Shown in pieces: positions 1 through 13,393 of a DNA stretch of 64,000 nucleotides. Origin of the DNA: Podarcis gaigeae (lineage: Eukaryota). The stretch lies in assembly GCA_964106915.2 (NCBI GenBank), contig OZ066917.1. One strand, 5' to 3'. Numbering within the stretch: position 1 is the stretch's first letter; the number at the start of each line of letters is the position of its first letter. Below the pieces are notes generated by a model. That model was not told the origin of the DNA. It was given only the letters and a program-made list of their open reading frames with translations, and did no database searches. The translations under genes and the position numbers were made by a program.

Positions 1-480
1 TTTATTGGTTTTCAAAAATACCAATGTAACAGAATAATATTTCCCCATAAGTCCATGTATATGGGCAGTGGGTGCTAGTCACCAGGGTGTTCATTGGAAT
101 ATTTTATACAATTTTAACAAAAATCATCCATATCGGATACATTGTTCAAGGCACATACCCCCTAAGTTATTTTCTCAGATAAAGCAGTTGTCCATATGTT
201 CTGTTTCCATTTGAGATGTGCAGGTGATCAAGTCCTTTCCAATTCTTTGCCACAAGTAATCGTGTTGCCACCAGAAGAAAAGTAACAAGTTCCTTGTATA
301 ATAAATTAAGCTGAATATATTTGAAAATTGTCGATAAACATAGGCTCGGATCACATTGTATGTTCTGATTTGTGATTTTGCTTATTTCTGTAAATACTCT
401 TTCCCAGAATGGTTGCACTCTACTTGAAAATGGAAATATTGCTACATCCTGCCCCAAAAGACGCTTCAGCTTTTGGTGAA
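1..480 (-). mobile_element. Degenerate L1/Tx1-type LINE ORF2 C-terminal fragment
   Basis: Minus ORF 167-457 (FWERVFTEISKIT...DPSLCL...LLVATRLLVAKNWK) resembles the C-terminal end of vertebrate L1-clade ORF2. Confidence 0.55.
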
Positions 481-573
481 ATTCTTGTCTCTGATCTGAA
501 GCAGTCTACTACTGTGTGGTGCTCTCCAGATACTTTGGATTGCATTTCACATCAGCCTCAACAACGATTAAAG

Positions 574-709
574 CAGGCATAGGCAAACTCGACCCTCCAG
601 ATGTTTTGGGACTACAACTCCCATCATCTCTAGCTAACAGGACCAGTGGTCAGGGATGATGGGAGTTGTAGTCCCAAAACATCTGGAGGGCCTAGTTTGC
701 CTGTGCCTG
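574..709. mobile_element. Short palindromic hAT-type MITE
   Basis: TIRs caggcataggcaaact...agtttgcctgtgcctg; 8-bp TSD gattaaag/gattagag. Related copies or partials at ~3618, 10258, 16065, 17320, 21286, 31610, 33790, 45520. Confidence 0.8.
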
Positions 710-1288
710 GATTAGAGATTATGGGAATTGTAGTGCTCAACATTTGAATGGCCCCATGCTGGATACCCCAGTTAGCATGTGCTGCTAGCACTTGGCCCAG
801 TTAAGAGTGTGGCAAAGCATTTATATCTTGTTGTCAAGGTTCTAGTACCAGTTCAGGTAAACAGATGAAGTTCTGAATTGGGGTTGAAGATTGGGCTAGA
901 GTATTGCTCCAAGCCCCTAAAGGTTTGCAGGAGGGGGGGAACATGTTGGAGGAAATATTCTGAAAAACAGCCTTGCCAACAATGTGGCCATGAGTACTAT
1001 GACATTGCCACAGACTAATGTTAATCCAAACCTCATCCCACCCTCAAATTTTGCAGGAACAAGAAATAGCTAACAGCCTTGTATTCTCACAATAGTCTCT
1101 TTTGAAAGATAATAAGGTGTAGAGAGAACAAAAAATGTTATAGGCTGCGTTGAGTAGGAGTTTTGCTCTCAAAGAAGCTACCAACCTGTCATAAGCCACT
1201 ATGGTATGAATGTTATTCCCATAGAGTGAAAAAACAAATTGAGGGTGAAGCGGGAAATACAAATATGGTTGAGAGGGAGCATAGGGTA

Positions 1289-1530
1289 CAGTGGTACTTC
1301 GGGTTACATATGCTTCAGGTTACATACGCTTCAGCTTACAGACTCCGCTAACCCATAAATAGTATCTCAGGTTAAGAACTTTGCTTCAGGATGAGAACAG
1401 AAATCGTGCTCTGGCGGCGCGGCAGCAGCAGGAGACCCCATTAGCTAAAGTGGTGCTTCAGGTTAAGAACAGTTTCAGGTTAAGAACAGGCCTCCAGAAC
1501 GAATTAAGTACTTATCCCGAGGTACCACTT
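1289..1530. mobile_element. Tc1/mariner(pogo)-type MITE, family A
   Basis: TA-flanked, TIR cagtggtac(c/t)tcgggtta...cccgaggtaccact; highly similar to 23964-24205 and 61622-61857. Confidence 0.85.
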
Positions 1531-1751
1531 TATAGTACTGTGTGTGCCTTTATGGGAAATGACATAGTGATCCGATACAGCTACAAAGAAATGCAGAAAG
1601 ATTGTGTTTTCTCTGAATAAACCTAGCATTGAATTATAACGAATAACATTTTTCATTCCTCCCCCCCAAATGTGAGAAACCTCTTTATGTTGCAGTGAAA
1701 TTTCTCTAGTTCGTTTCATATAAGTACATGTTTACCTGTCTTCAATTTTAG

Positions 1752-1947
1752 GCGAGACAGGAATTGGGAAATCAACTTTGACTGATAGTTTGTTTAATAC
1801 CAGTTTTGATGACCGTGTGTCAACACACTTTCAGCCAAATGTAAGACTTAAAGCCGAGACATACGAACTCCAAGAAAGCAATGTTCGACTGAAGCTGACC
1901 ATTGTCAATACCGTTGGATTTGGTGACCAGATAAACAAGGAAGATAG
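1752..1947 (+). CDS. SEPTIN10: Septin-10 (copy 1) internal exon, G1/G3 motifs (GETGIGKST...NTVGFGDQ)
   Basis: ttttag|...AG|gttagt, 196 bp; P-loop septin motifs; upstream exons lie outside the window. Confidence 0.95.
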
Positions 1948-2680
1948 GTTAGTATCTGCTCACGTAAATAATGTCCTCTTAATTTGCCCTGTGACATGTC
2001 AACTTGGCTCTGACAAGTGGGTGGTATTGATAGTATTTCTGATGCAATTCTATTTTATTTTTTGACATCATGTTCCCACTTCCCCTTTGCTAGAAATCTC
2101 TGGGAAGTTTGCAATACAAATGTTAAACAACAATACATTGAACAAAATATTTAGAGAAATTGCCCATTTATACAGGCTAATATGGGAAGCATTTATTTTA
2201 AATCACAAAATAAAGCCTACTATCATTTTATCGACAGATTATTTTGGGAAAACACTCCAATCCTAGAGGCAATGGTCAGGATCCAAACGCCTACTGTATG
2301 CTTGCCCAAAGGCTTGTTTGTGACCGTTGTAATGTCAATTTTTTCCCCACTGGGCAGCTGAAAGCAGTCTGCCATCTGTCATGTAGGAACAGCCGTTAAA
2401 AAAACGAAGTCCCTTTTGGCTAAATGAACAGCTCTTTGGACTTTGGCCATTTTCTTAGGATTAATTAAAACGATCCGGTGATTTTATTTATTTTATTTTA
2501 ATTTTGTCTGTTGTACTACGTTATGTTTCGTTTTTTTAATTGTATTTTTGTGTGTGTGTCAAGCTTTATTCGCACTTCTGTACAGCACCCTGTAATCTTT
2601 TTTTGATGAAGGGCCATGAATAAATATTTTGAATAAAAAAGTAATAAAAGCTAGTTCCTGGAATGTATGGAACTAAAATA

Positions 2681-2948
2681 CTGTACAAATTTAATTTTTT
2701 GCTCTTTAAGACTCACTTTTTCCCTCCTAAAAAGTAAGGGGAAATGTGTGTGCGTCTTATGGAGTGAATGCAGGCTGCGCAGCTATCCCAGAAGCCAGAA
2801 CAGCAAGAGGGATTGCTGCTTTCACTGCACAGCGATCCCTCTTGCTGTTCTGGCTTCTGAGGTTCAGAATATTTTTTTTCTTGTTTTCCTCCTCCAAAAA
2901 CTAGGTGCGTCTTGTGGTCTGGCACGTCTTATAGAGCGAAAAATACAG
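2681..2948. mobile_element. mariner/pogo-type MITE, family B
   Basis: TA-flanked, ends gtcttatagagcgaaaaatacag; second copy at 45682-45936. Confidence 0.8.
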
Positions 2949-3967
2949 TACATTCATTAATAAATAAAAAAATCCACCATGGAACAGTTGTGGCCAAGGC
3001 CATGCAACTAATTTGTGCAGGATTCTCAACCATTCCTAAATCTGCTCACCATAGCAAGGTGCACTTGCCCTTCTGGTGAGTGTGACAAGCCATCCCAACC
3101 ACCCTAAGCTGCAGGACGGCCCCATCCATGTAGCAGACTGAGGTGCTGCTTTGGATGACAGAATCCAAGGGGCACCTGCTGCCAAAGCGAGGAGAAGCGG
3201 CTACAGTGGTTTCCAGCGGGATCTCATGTGATTCCTGTGAAATTGCATGGTGGCCTCTGGAAATCTCACCAGAGCTTGAAAGCTGCAGTTGTGCAACCCC
3301 GATATGTGAGGCTTCGGCAGGGGCATTGTGTGCAGGGTGGCACCTTCCCGTTTTGCCTCGGTCAGCAAAATGGGACAGGCCACCCCTTGTGACATTTGTG
3401 TGCTCCTGTCTCTCTCCAGCTCCCATTTAACCCATTCCCAGCCCCAACTGGTGCTGACCAGCCTCCCTCGCCTCCTGGCCTTTTTCAGTGCTAAGCATCG
3501 GTTGCCTGTGAACAAGCACTGGGCTCTTCCAAGGCACCCCCACCCCTTCCAGTCAGAGCTGATTGTGATGGGGTTATGTGCTATATGATCAGCGGCGGTA
3601 GGAGCTTTGCCTAATGCAGGCATAGGCAAACTCGGCCCTCCAGATGTTTTGTGACTACAATTCCCATCATCCCCTACCACTGGTCCTGTTAGCTAAGGAT
3701 GATGGGATGCTCTTTGGGGTGCATGGGCCCGTTTGCAAATTGAGAAACTGTTGTGGGCACCACAAACACCACAACCAAGTACATATCATAACCTATTCTA
3801 CTGGTGACAGCAGAATTCTTCTTTCAAGCCTAATTTCAGCTGTTGTGGGATAGGGGACCCTGAGGGCCTCAGTGAAGGCCTCTGTGGGCAAATGGGGACA
3901 TGGGCTCATGTATTGGAGTGAAACTCACTTCTGTCTTCTAATATTGTATTTCCCCTCCTCTTTCCAG

Positions 3968-4154
3968 CTACCAGCCAATAGTGGATTACATAGATGCACA
4001 GTTTGAGTCTTACCTCCAGGAAGAGCTGAAAATTAAACGCTCTTTATATAATTACCATGACACTCGCATCCACGTGTGCCTCTACTTTATTTCACCCACA
4101 GGGCATTCCCTCAAAAGTCTTGATTTATTAACCATGAAAAATCTCGATAGCAAG
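3968..4154 (+). CDS. SEPTIN10: Septin-10 (copy 1) exon [26 protein letters not shown]...KNLDSK
   Basis: ttccag|...AAG|gtaaga, 187 bp, in phase with flanking exons. Confidence 0.96.
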
Positions 4155-4705
4155 GTAAGATGTTAAAGCCAGCTTTAGAGGAAAAAATATAGCAATAATC
4201 TTTCTTGCAGCTGAACTCTTAGAGTATTCACAGGGGCCTTTAAAAAAATATAGCAGCATTATGAAAATATATTTAAGATGCCGTTTTAACTGCAATCCAG
4301 TCTTGTTGTCAGGGACAAATAAAGGTTTCAATGAAAATAAGCATTTCGTAAGTGAAATTGAGTAAGCCTTTCCCCTGTCCAAAGTTTACTTAAACATCGT
4401 TCGTCATGTTCAGTTTTTAAAAGCCTGTTACTTTGAAGAAAACTCAGGATAAAGTTATTTTGCCTTTGAACAAGCAAAGGGATTATAGAGCTTCATAACA
4501 GAGTTGCAGAGAGGCAATGATGCCTGAGGTGAAATCGGTGACTAGATGCGATGAAATATCTATGCACTCTTACCTCTCCCTCACTAGAAACCTGGTTTTG
4601 GTCACCTGTTTGGTGATTTCATGCTCTAGGCCTATTCTTGGGGAAGTGACAGGAATAAAGGGCAACATTTTTTTAGTAGGAAAAGGTCTACTAACCTACC
4701 TTTAG

Positions 4706-5044
4706 GGATAAAACAGTTAAAAGACTGAGCCTAGGGCTTGCCAATCAGAAGGCTGGCAGTTTGAATCCCTGCGACGGGGTGAGCTCCTGTTCCTTGGTCC
4801 CTGCTCCTGCCAACCTAGCAGTTCGAAAGCACATCAAAGTGCAAGTAGATAAATAGGTACCACTCCAGCGGGAAGTGAACGGCATTTCCGTGCGCTGCTC
4901 TAGTTCACTAGAAGCGGCTTAGTCATGCTGCCCGCATGACCTGGAAACTGTATGCCGGCTCCATCGGCCAATAAAGCAAGATGAGCACCGCAACCCCAAA
5001 GTCATCTGCAACTGGACCTGACGGTCAGGGGTCCCTTTACCTTT
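4706..5044 (+). mobile_element. Sauria SINE
   Basis: gagcctagggcttgcc...gcaagtagataaataggtacc...ggtcaggggtccctttaccttt tail. Confidence 0.9.
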
Positions 5045-7821
5045 ATGTACATTATGCCCATAATTTATGTGCATTAATCTTGTGCTCATTTAGCTTTACA
5101 TGCTTGGTAAAATGTTTTAAAAAATAATAAAGGGGGCGAACTTTGGCAATCCCACCCGCCATTGCACCCAGTGTGTTTTGACTAGATGTGATTTTGGCCT
5201 TAGGCATGATCCCCGGAATTTAACCCTTGTGTAAGTTGTAGGCTTACTATACATTGTTTTGAATTTATATTAACTTTGCCCATCAGGAAATGTGGGCTTT
5301 TTACATCTTTGTTATTACTGCTTCTTAAAAATTTATGACTATAGCTCATGTTGATATTTCAGTATAGACCCTGACACAAATATAGTCTGAAAAATGCATC
5401 TAAGCACCTGCCAGATGAGAGTATAGTTGGTTTTTTTTAAAAAAAAAATGACAGAAGATAGAAACTGCTTCTGAAGTGCTAATATACTGATCTCGGCCCC
5501 TCTAAAAATGTTGTAGAGATAAACTGTACTGCAAAACAAAAGCATTTCAAGATACTTGTCCTGCTCTTTTTATAGCTTCATGCAATTTCACTTCTTAATC
5601 AGTAAGAGGGTGAGGAATGTAGGAAAGAAATTGAAGCAGCTGGTACCAGCAAGCTAGATAGTTGTGACCGATTGCATGTTTATTTTCTGGTTATTAGAAA
5701 TCCCAACTCTAGATTTAATATCATCTCATTTTAGAAGTCACATGTTAAAAAGAAAACAAGAACTTTGCCCAAACAGTCACTGGGTTTTGTTTGTTTGCCA
5801 AAGCAGTTGCTGGGTTTTGTGTGTGGAAACGTGATCTCTAAAATCAGATGAAATTAAAACACATTTATTAGGCAATTGGAATTCATATCAACTCTCCAGG
5901 ATGGATGTTTAAACAATTTTTCACAGTTATCATTTCAGATAAAATAATAGTTCATGTATAGTTAAGGTCTGACTGTGCATATCATCTTAATGAAAGGTGA
6001 ACAAAATGTTTAGGTGGCCCAATTCTATAGAGCGTATGACCTGCTGACTTGCTGCATTTTCCAATGAAGCCCTAGTATGGGTCAAAGCATCTAGATTTCT
6101 ATGACCGACGTCCTTGGTTATGGCTGTCAACCCAAGCTGCATGTGTGTATGGAACTGTCACAGCCAGCGATGGCAGATGGAGCTGTGTAAGCACGTAGCG
6201 TGTGTGTTTTTATACCATTGCCAACAGTGAGTCAGTTCTGCTCCTGCCTATGTGCAGCTGGGGTTTGTAGCTCTTTATTTACAGAGGAGTTCATGGTGTT
6301 GTTGAACTGTAGCTAATTCAAACTAGACTATTTCTAATTTTAGATTTATATTGATATGGTCTAGGTAAACATTTTGACTTCTGGGGGTGAGGCTTTACAT
6401 TAACCCATGTGGCGTTTTGTTCAGCAGCCTTTCCTCTGCCGTTTCGTTGTGTAAGCTCTTCCATGTTAAATAAAATAACAGCCTTTCGTACTTTTTTTTT
6501 TTTTTGAGATGCAAGTACCATTAACTAAAACAAGTACTCCTCAGAGGGAGTGTAAAATTAATTTAAAATCAAAGAGCAGAGTCTTCTGTACATGTTTAAA
6601 TAATTAAATCGCAGGTTCAGCAAGTTCTATTTAAAGCAATGGCTGTTCTAAAACGGCAATGTATCATCATGAATTGTGGAACTCAAGGAAGGTACATGCC
6701 TCAAATGCTTTATCATTAGCCTAAATTGCCAGGAGAATGCCCTTGGTAGCAACCTGAGGAAGTGTAGGTGTGGTCTTAGTTGAACAAGGAACTGGAGAGG
6801 GACACAAATGAAGTCGCTTTCAATCTGACTCTTTCCCCTTCACCAGGCCATCAACTCTACCCAGGTCCCACAATTTTGCCCAACCCTTTCTCTCATTTTC
6901 TTAACTCTTCCGCTTCTATTTCTCAGTGAGGGTAGCTGGAGAAGTTTTAATCGAGGTTTCACCAGTGACTCACCTAATTAGCTAGGAATTCAGGTTGTTT
7001 TTTTTTTTAAAGGTGTGAAAGACGTAGATCTGATTTCTTTTTTAGCTTGTAGCTGAGTCAGAGGAAAACATCTAGAAATGTGGATCAAGTACAAAAGAAA
7101 CATTATACAAGCAGCAATATAAATAGTCTTTCCTATAACTTTAACCGGATGGCAGGCAGACAGGAAAGCTAGGATTCATCCTATATCAAGCATTTGAAAT
7201 TGGTTATGATTGCCAGCATTTATTTAGAAGCCCAAGATAATTTTGACTGATAAATCAGGAGGCTCTGAAACACTTCCAGAGATAAGGAATTTATTTAAAA
7301 GTTGCAGAGCATTTTACTGAAGTGCAAATTGCTAGCAGAGGACCCTTTGTGAAGATCATTACTGTTTTCTTAGGTAGTTCATTAAACATAAAGCATAATA
7401 TAACCAAGATTTCACCTTTCCCTCTGAAAAGTAAACAGATTCCTTAGTAAAAAAAAAAAAGTTTAAAAAATACTGAATTGCTGTCTTTTTTTATGTTCAT
7501 CCATTTGGATAGCTCATTATTAACAGGTAAAGTTTTAGTATAATTTTCATGTCTTTTTTAACAATGTTGAATGTATGGTTTTAGTTAATGTGGATCAAGG
7601 TCCAAATGACACTACAGATAAATGAAAACTATAAGTTCTTTGCTTGAGTTTTCTCTGAAGCAGCTTGTAGTACTGAAGAGGTTACTTGGTTGAGTCAGTA
7701 ACCGAGTATCTTGTTGTAACAGCTTATTCAGTGATTATGATAATTTGTGTCTAAGAAATTACATGCAGGAATTTGACAAGAACGTATATCACAACCACAT
7801 ACTTCTTACTTCTTTAAATAG

Positions 7822-7983
7822 GTGAACATTATTCCACTTATAGCCAAAGCAGATACAATTTCTAAATCTGAACTGCAGAAATTTAAGATCAAAATCATGA
7901 GTGAGCTGGTCAGTAATGGAGTCCAGATCTACCAGTTTCCAACAGATGATGAGAGCATTGCCAAAATCAATGCCAGCATGAAT
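7822..7983 (+). CDS. SEPTIN10: Septin-10 (copy 1) exon with G4 motif AKAD
   Basis: aaatag|GTG...AAT|gtaagt, 162 bp. Confidence 0.96.
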
Positions 7984-8205
7984 GTAAGTACTTCACTGAC
8001 CCCACAACAACATATTCAAACAAATCTGTACTGCCAATTGTTTGCCATTATAGCTATAGTGGATACATCTCACTCATACAAGGGATAGTGATAACAAAAT
8101 GGACCCTGAGGAAAATTCTTTTGAGTGGGACATGGCACTATACTGGTTGCAAAGACTGACATTTTGAAACTAGGCCAGGAATGTTAAAAAATCCCCCTGT
8201 TTTCC

Positions 8206-8288
8206 CCCAATGGTATTTAACCATTGGTAAATACCCATTGGTAAATACCCAATGGTATTTAACCATTTCCCCCAATGGTATTTAACTG
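8206..8288. repeat. Local direct/inverted micro-repeat cluster (cccaatggtatttaac x3, ccattggtaaatacc x2)
   Basis: Read directly; absent from the shorter paralogous intron of copy 2. Confidence 0.7.
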
Positions 8289-8454
8289 ATTCTTAAATTC
8301 TGAACTATTTCTATATTTCACAGAGGCACTTCCATGTTCTTAAATGGTGCAGTTATCTTTCATGTAATTAGGATATATGTTATTGTTTATATTGTACTTT
8401 TTAATATACTTATTGAGCTGATAGCAATGCACCTTTATTTACTCTGTTTCACAG

Positions 8455-8551
8455 GGACACCTGCCCTTTGCCGTAGTGGGGAGTACAGAAGAAGTCAAAA
8501 TTGGAAACAAAATAGTAAAAGCTCGCCAGTATCCTTGGGGCATAGTGCAAG
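8455..8551 (+). CDS. SEPTIN10: Septin-10 (copy 1) exon [10 protein letters not shown]...RQYPWGIVQ
   Basis: tcacag|...G|gtactg, 97 bp; PFAVVGS and YPWG septin motifs. Confidence 0.95.
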
Positions 8552-8648
8552 GTACTGAAATAGGAAGTCCTTGTGTAAGTACTGTTTTGGAAACATTGCA
8601 TAGTAAATGCGAAAGGTATGCAAGTAATATCTTATTTCGTTTCATTAG

Positions 8649-8817
8649 TGGAAAATGAGAACCATTGTGATTTTGTGAAACTTCGGGAAATGCTGATTTG
8701 TACAAATATGGAAGACTTGAGAGAGCAGACTCATATGCGCCACTACGAACTGTACCGGCGGTGCAAATTGGAAGAGATGGGCTTCCGAGACACCGATCAA
8801 GAAAACAAACCCGTCAG
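8649..8817 (+). CDS. SEPTIN10: Septin-10 (copy 1) exon [16 protein letters not shown]...[15 protein letters not shown]
   Basis: cattag|...AG|gtaagt, 169 bp; septin unique element. Confidence 0.96.
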
Positions 8818-10710
8818 GTAAGTGAGTGAGCCTTCCCGATGTTTCAACAATTAAAACGTTTATTTACCCTCCTAGCAGCAGGATGGGGAAACGTAGCATT
8901 CGAAAAATATTGCAAAAAACTAAATACGTCTCTTACTCTTTTACTTAAAGCACTTAGCTAGTCATCATTCTGAACGCTGTTGGGTCAGTCCCTAGTTCAG
9001 TGGTAATTAGGCAGTATGAAATATACCGTGGTGGCAGCAAGAGTTGCATTAGTGCTAAAATTGCAAAGCAAATCAGCAGGGGACATCTGGCTGTCAGGTG
9101 CAGCTGTGGATTATAGCCCAAGGAACTCTGTTGCTGTGCTGAATGGTGCTCTGTTCAGATTACAGCAGTCATCCAGCTGGCTCAGGAGCGCAGCACTGAT
9201 GCTGGAGGTTGTGTCAGTGGGCACATGGTTGCCTTCTGTGGTCCTGCAGCAATATTGGCGCTACTGCTTCTGAACTGAGCATGATGCTGACAGAAGTGGA
9301 AATGGTGCTTTTTCAGTTGAGAGTGGCTTGAAGAATGGCGAGTCCTTGCATTATCCTCTACTGAAGTGGTCCTTTTCTTCTCTGAGAACAAAGAAATTGA
9401 AAGTAACTCTGTGGAGAGAGTATAAGCTTGAAGTGGTCCAAGGTAATTGTATTCTCAGGCAGGAAGGTAAACCTAAGACCTTTTCTAATTTCTTTCAGAA
9501 TTCCTTTTTGCCAGTGCCAGTTCTTCCTTCATGTGCACTATCTTCTTTTCCTTTCCTTTTGTCTTTCCGACTAATGTAAGTAAAAACTTTCTCTATAAAC
9601 TTTCTTCTTTGTGTTTCATTCCTACTGTCCTTCCTCTCCTGTTACTAACACCTAAACATCTAAAGTTGTGCTGTTGATGCTTGTGCTGAAAAAGTTTAAG
9701 CAATAACTGAGTGGATTCACTGGCACCAAAAGTGACTTGGGTGGAATCTGCGCACATATTAAAAAACGCTGTGAAAATGCTTTTTTAAAGAATGTTCTGA
9801 AAAATACACTGAATTTGCCATAGCTCACCGTCACCATCTAGTGTCACATTTGTATATTGCAGTTTACAACACACTTAAAATGCTTTATTTGTGTAGCTAA
9901 GTCCTTGTTATTTACTCTCCAGGTACTGACTGGGTTTCTGTGATAAGCCAAGATAGGCCCTTTCCATATGTTACAGTATTGCACTGACTGGAAATGCCAA
10001 TTGATTTTGTGCAATTCATTGGGGAGCAAAAAAATAGATAAGCATCAGCTTATCTATTTAAGGATCAGACTATGGCAGGATTGCCAAGACTCAAGACCAT
10101 TGCTGACAATATGGTTTTCCATACTTCTCTTCAGCCATAATCTCTAGGGAGGGAGGATCCCAAATTCCCGGGCAATTTGTACAGTCTTCAGCAATTCTTA
10201 AGACTTCGGAATGAATCACATTCAAGGTGGCAGTGCTGAACTAGTCAGGGTGTAAAGCAGGAATGTGGAACCTGTGGCCCTCCAGATGTTTAGCTGCACA
10301 GTTCTACCAGCATCACTGACTATTAGTCATGTTGGCTGGGCTGATGGGAGTCAGGTGTCTAACAGCATCTGGAGGGCCGGGGTCCCTTGCTCCTGGTGAA
10401 AATAAAAACCAGTGGCATCTCAATAACTCGGTTCCTCTTTTCTTTTTACAAAATTCTAAATTCAAAGGCACCTTTTCTCCTTAATAGATGCCAGGAGTGG
10501 GATATTTGGAAGACCTCTGGCTGTTTTCATTGTATTTATTAGAGTGATATTGGACTCGGCTTTCAGCCGTAAGATCAGCAAGTTTTTTTTTCTGATTCAG
10601 AGTAGTCTCTTTTACTGGAAAGTGACTTTGTAGCGAGAACAGCTGCGAGAATATCAAGCTGTCCTTGTGCAAGGAAGGAAGGACACTTCCAGCATTCTAT
10701 GAGGAAGTTT

Positions 10711-10713
<3 letters not shown>

Positions 10714-10760
<47 letters not shown>
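10714..10760. repeat. (GA)n microsatellite
   Basis: Direct observation. Confidence 0.95.
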
Positions 10761-10763
<3 letters not shown>

Positions 10764-12949
10764 GTTCCAGACCTGGCATGTGAAGAAGAGAAGAATTGGA
10801 AAGCCAGGCAAACAATGAGAAAATGACATTCTGTGTGTATATGCACCATTAGGCTGACATTCAGAGGCTCAGTGCCCTTGTGAACTTATTGCTTAGCATT
10901 TGTATCCTAACCATTCCCCCCCCCCCCAGAATTAAGTTCCCTTTCTATCATACAGGCTTACCTCCAAGTTTAGGGTCAAGGCTTAAGAATGAAATCCCAC
11001 AGCCACTCATGCAGGGGGTTTTGCCCACTTCGCCACGATTCATTTATTGCCCTGCATTCTATTCATAATATCGCTGCATGTCGCATCCTGATACATTTTT
11101 AGAGCTGACATGCATTTTGGCCACAATAAATACTGTGGTGAGACACCAGACTTCAGACATTTCCCCCACTTCTCACAGTGCGTTGTAGGCAATGTCCCAC
11201 ATTCTTTTGCCTCAAAATAAGGACTGAAGGATGGCGCAATTGGAGACATTGGGTGAACCTCTGAACTGCAGCCCCCCTGAATTTCTCACCACCTGCCCTA
11301 CAACATTGATACGGCTCAGTTTGACTGGAATGTTGTATTTATTCTTTATGCCAGTTGGCTCAACCTGTTATAGTAGTATGACCATAGATATGGGGTTAAT
11401 GTCTTAGACCAATTTCCCCCAAACCAATTTTTGTTGTTATTTAAGAATTATTAAGGCAAGAAGTTAAACAGTTTTTGAGAAAACTATTTATTGCGGGCTA
11501 TGTGTGTTGTTTAAAAATAACATAAACAGAGATGAACACATCCAGCCAAGCCCATCTATTCTGGACTGCAATAGTTTGCACCCCTCACTTTAGCTTCTGA
11601 GACCTTTTCCTGTTTTCGCTCCTTTCCACTCTTGTAACGCTTTTGCAGTGTTTCAGTCCCTTTCTCCGTTGCAGGTCTTCAAATCCACTTCTTCTAGTTT
11701 CTGGTGCCACAGCCTGCTTAACAGCTACCCTGTCTTCTCGCTTGACTTATCTACAGTATTTTCACGCCCCTACCAATCTTTTAGCTAGTTGGGAGAGGAG
11801 TGTTCAGCTGCAATCCAAACCCTGGCTGGGGAGTGACACAACTTAACAGAGCAGTGGGGTCACCTCTGCATTCGCAGCTCTGCTGATCACGCTGATTGTA
11901 GGAGAGGGTGGGGGGCAGGCAAACTGCTCACCCAGCCTATGGAGACTTGCAGAACTAGGCAGACTGACACCTCTGCAACAACTCCCACAGCTTGGCTCAG
12001 TCGCCAGGTTCTTAGGATGAGCTGCTTAACAGGGCTGCTTAATCCTCATAAGTAAAACATCCCTGTAAACTTTTTACCCTCCTGTGCACAAGAGCCTTTA
12101 AAGCAAAAAAGGAACAATTTAAGAACTCAAAACCAACACGAAATGACTTCACACCTCACAATAAGAGGAAAATTCTACAAAACCTTGACATAAATAAGCG
12201 TTTATTTATGCAAAAATAAAGCAGTTCTGGAAATGGAATCTATTTGCATAATTTTGCATGGATTATAGCATTAGGATTTCCTTGATGTGAGCAGCTGTGT
12301 ATTTATTTCCAGCTATTGGAAGGCTAGTTGGTGATACCTGCCCACAACCTGTCCTCTGTAGAATAATTTGTTTGCTTTTATCCTTCATGCTTTTAAATTT
12401 TTATTTTAATTGTTATGTCATGTGGGCCTTTTAGCCCCTTATGGACTTGAATTTGTTGTTGTGAAAGTTCTAAAATGGTAATGTCTTTTAAATAGTGAGA
12501 TTGAATCTAACTACTGTAAGAACAGAGGATATTAGCTGAAATCGGAAAAACTTTCTCAATCCCCACAACCTATGCTTTTAAGTCTGTGCACAGTGTATTT
12601 ATGGTAATGTGACTGTCTGTTCTGTTCATTTTGCACACGGCAGACTGACCTTGCATAGTTCCTGAAATGCAGGTCATTGTCACAAAGGAGCATTACCTTG
12701 CTACAACTGTTCTGGGTCAGAGAACATCTCAGATGAAGCTTTTCAAAGGCTCCAGAATCTTTTTGTTGAAGCCAAATCTGAAGGGCTGTTTACCACCCTT
12801 GTTACAACTTGAATAACCTGTGCTGCCTTTTCCTCTAATTGAGCTCAGAACTGCAACGTTGCTTGGTGAAGAACTGGTCTGTATTCTTGCTATTAAGATT
12901 AAGATCAAATTAACTAATGACTTTGCATTTGTTACTCGAAAGGATTACA

Positions 12950-13192
12950 GAGAGCCAGTGTAGTGGTTAAGAGTTGTAGTCTCGTAATCTGGGGAACCAG
13001 GTTCACGTCTCCGCTCCTTCACATGCAGCTGCTGGGTGACCTTGGGCCAGTCACACTTCTCTGAAGTCTCTCAGCCCCACTCACCTCACAGAGTGTTTGT
13101 TGTGGGGGAGGAAGGGAAAGGAGAAGTGAGCCGCTTTGAGACTCCTTCGGGTAGTGATAAAGCGGGATATCAAATCCAAACTCCCCTTCTTC
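12950..13192 (+). mobile_element. tRNA-derived squamate SINE (Squam3-like)
   Basis: gagccagtgtagtggttaagag head, ...aagcgggatatcaaatccaaactc(ttc)n tail; internally deleted copy at ~42162-42230. Confidence 0.75.
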
Positions 13193-13260
13193 TACAGTAT
13201 AGTAAAGAGATAAATGGGGGGGGGGAATGCATAAAATTGCTTACATTTTATGATCCTCAG

Positions 13261-13393
13261 TCTACAGGAGACGTACGAAGCCAAGCGGCATGAATTCCTT
13301 GGTGAATTGCAGCAGAAAGAAGAGGAGATGAGGCAGATGTTCGTCCAGAGGGTCAAGGAGAAAGAAGCACTGCTGAAAGAAGCTGAGCGAGAA
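13261..13393 (+). CDS. SEPTIN10: Septin-10 (copy 1) coiled-coil exon [12 protein letters not shown]...KEAERE
   Basis: cctcag|...GAA|gtaaga, 133 bp. Confidence 0.96.

Noticed and set aside
2667-2960. Duplicated 97/152-aa ORF (also 45649-46107)
   Set aside because: Both lie in copies of the same MITE
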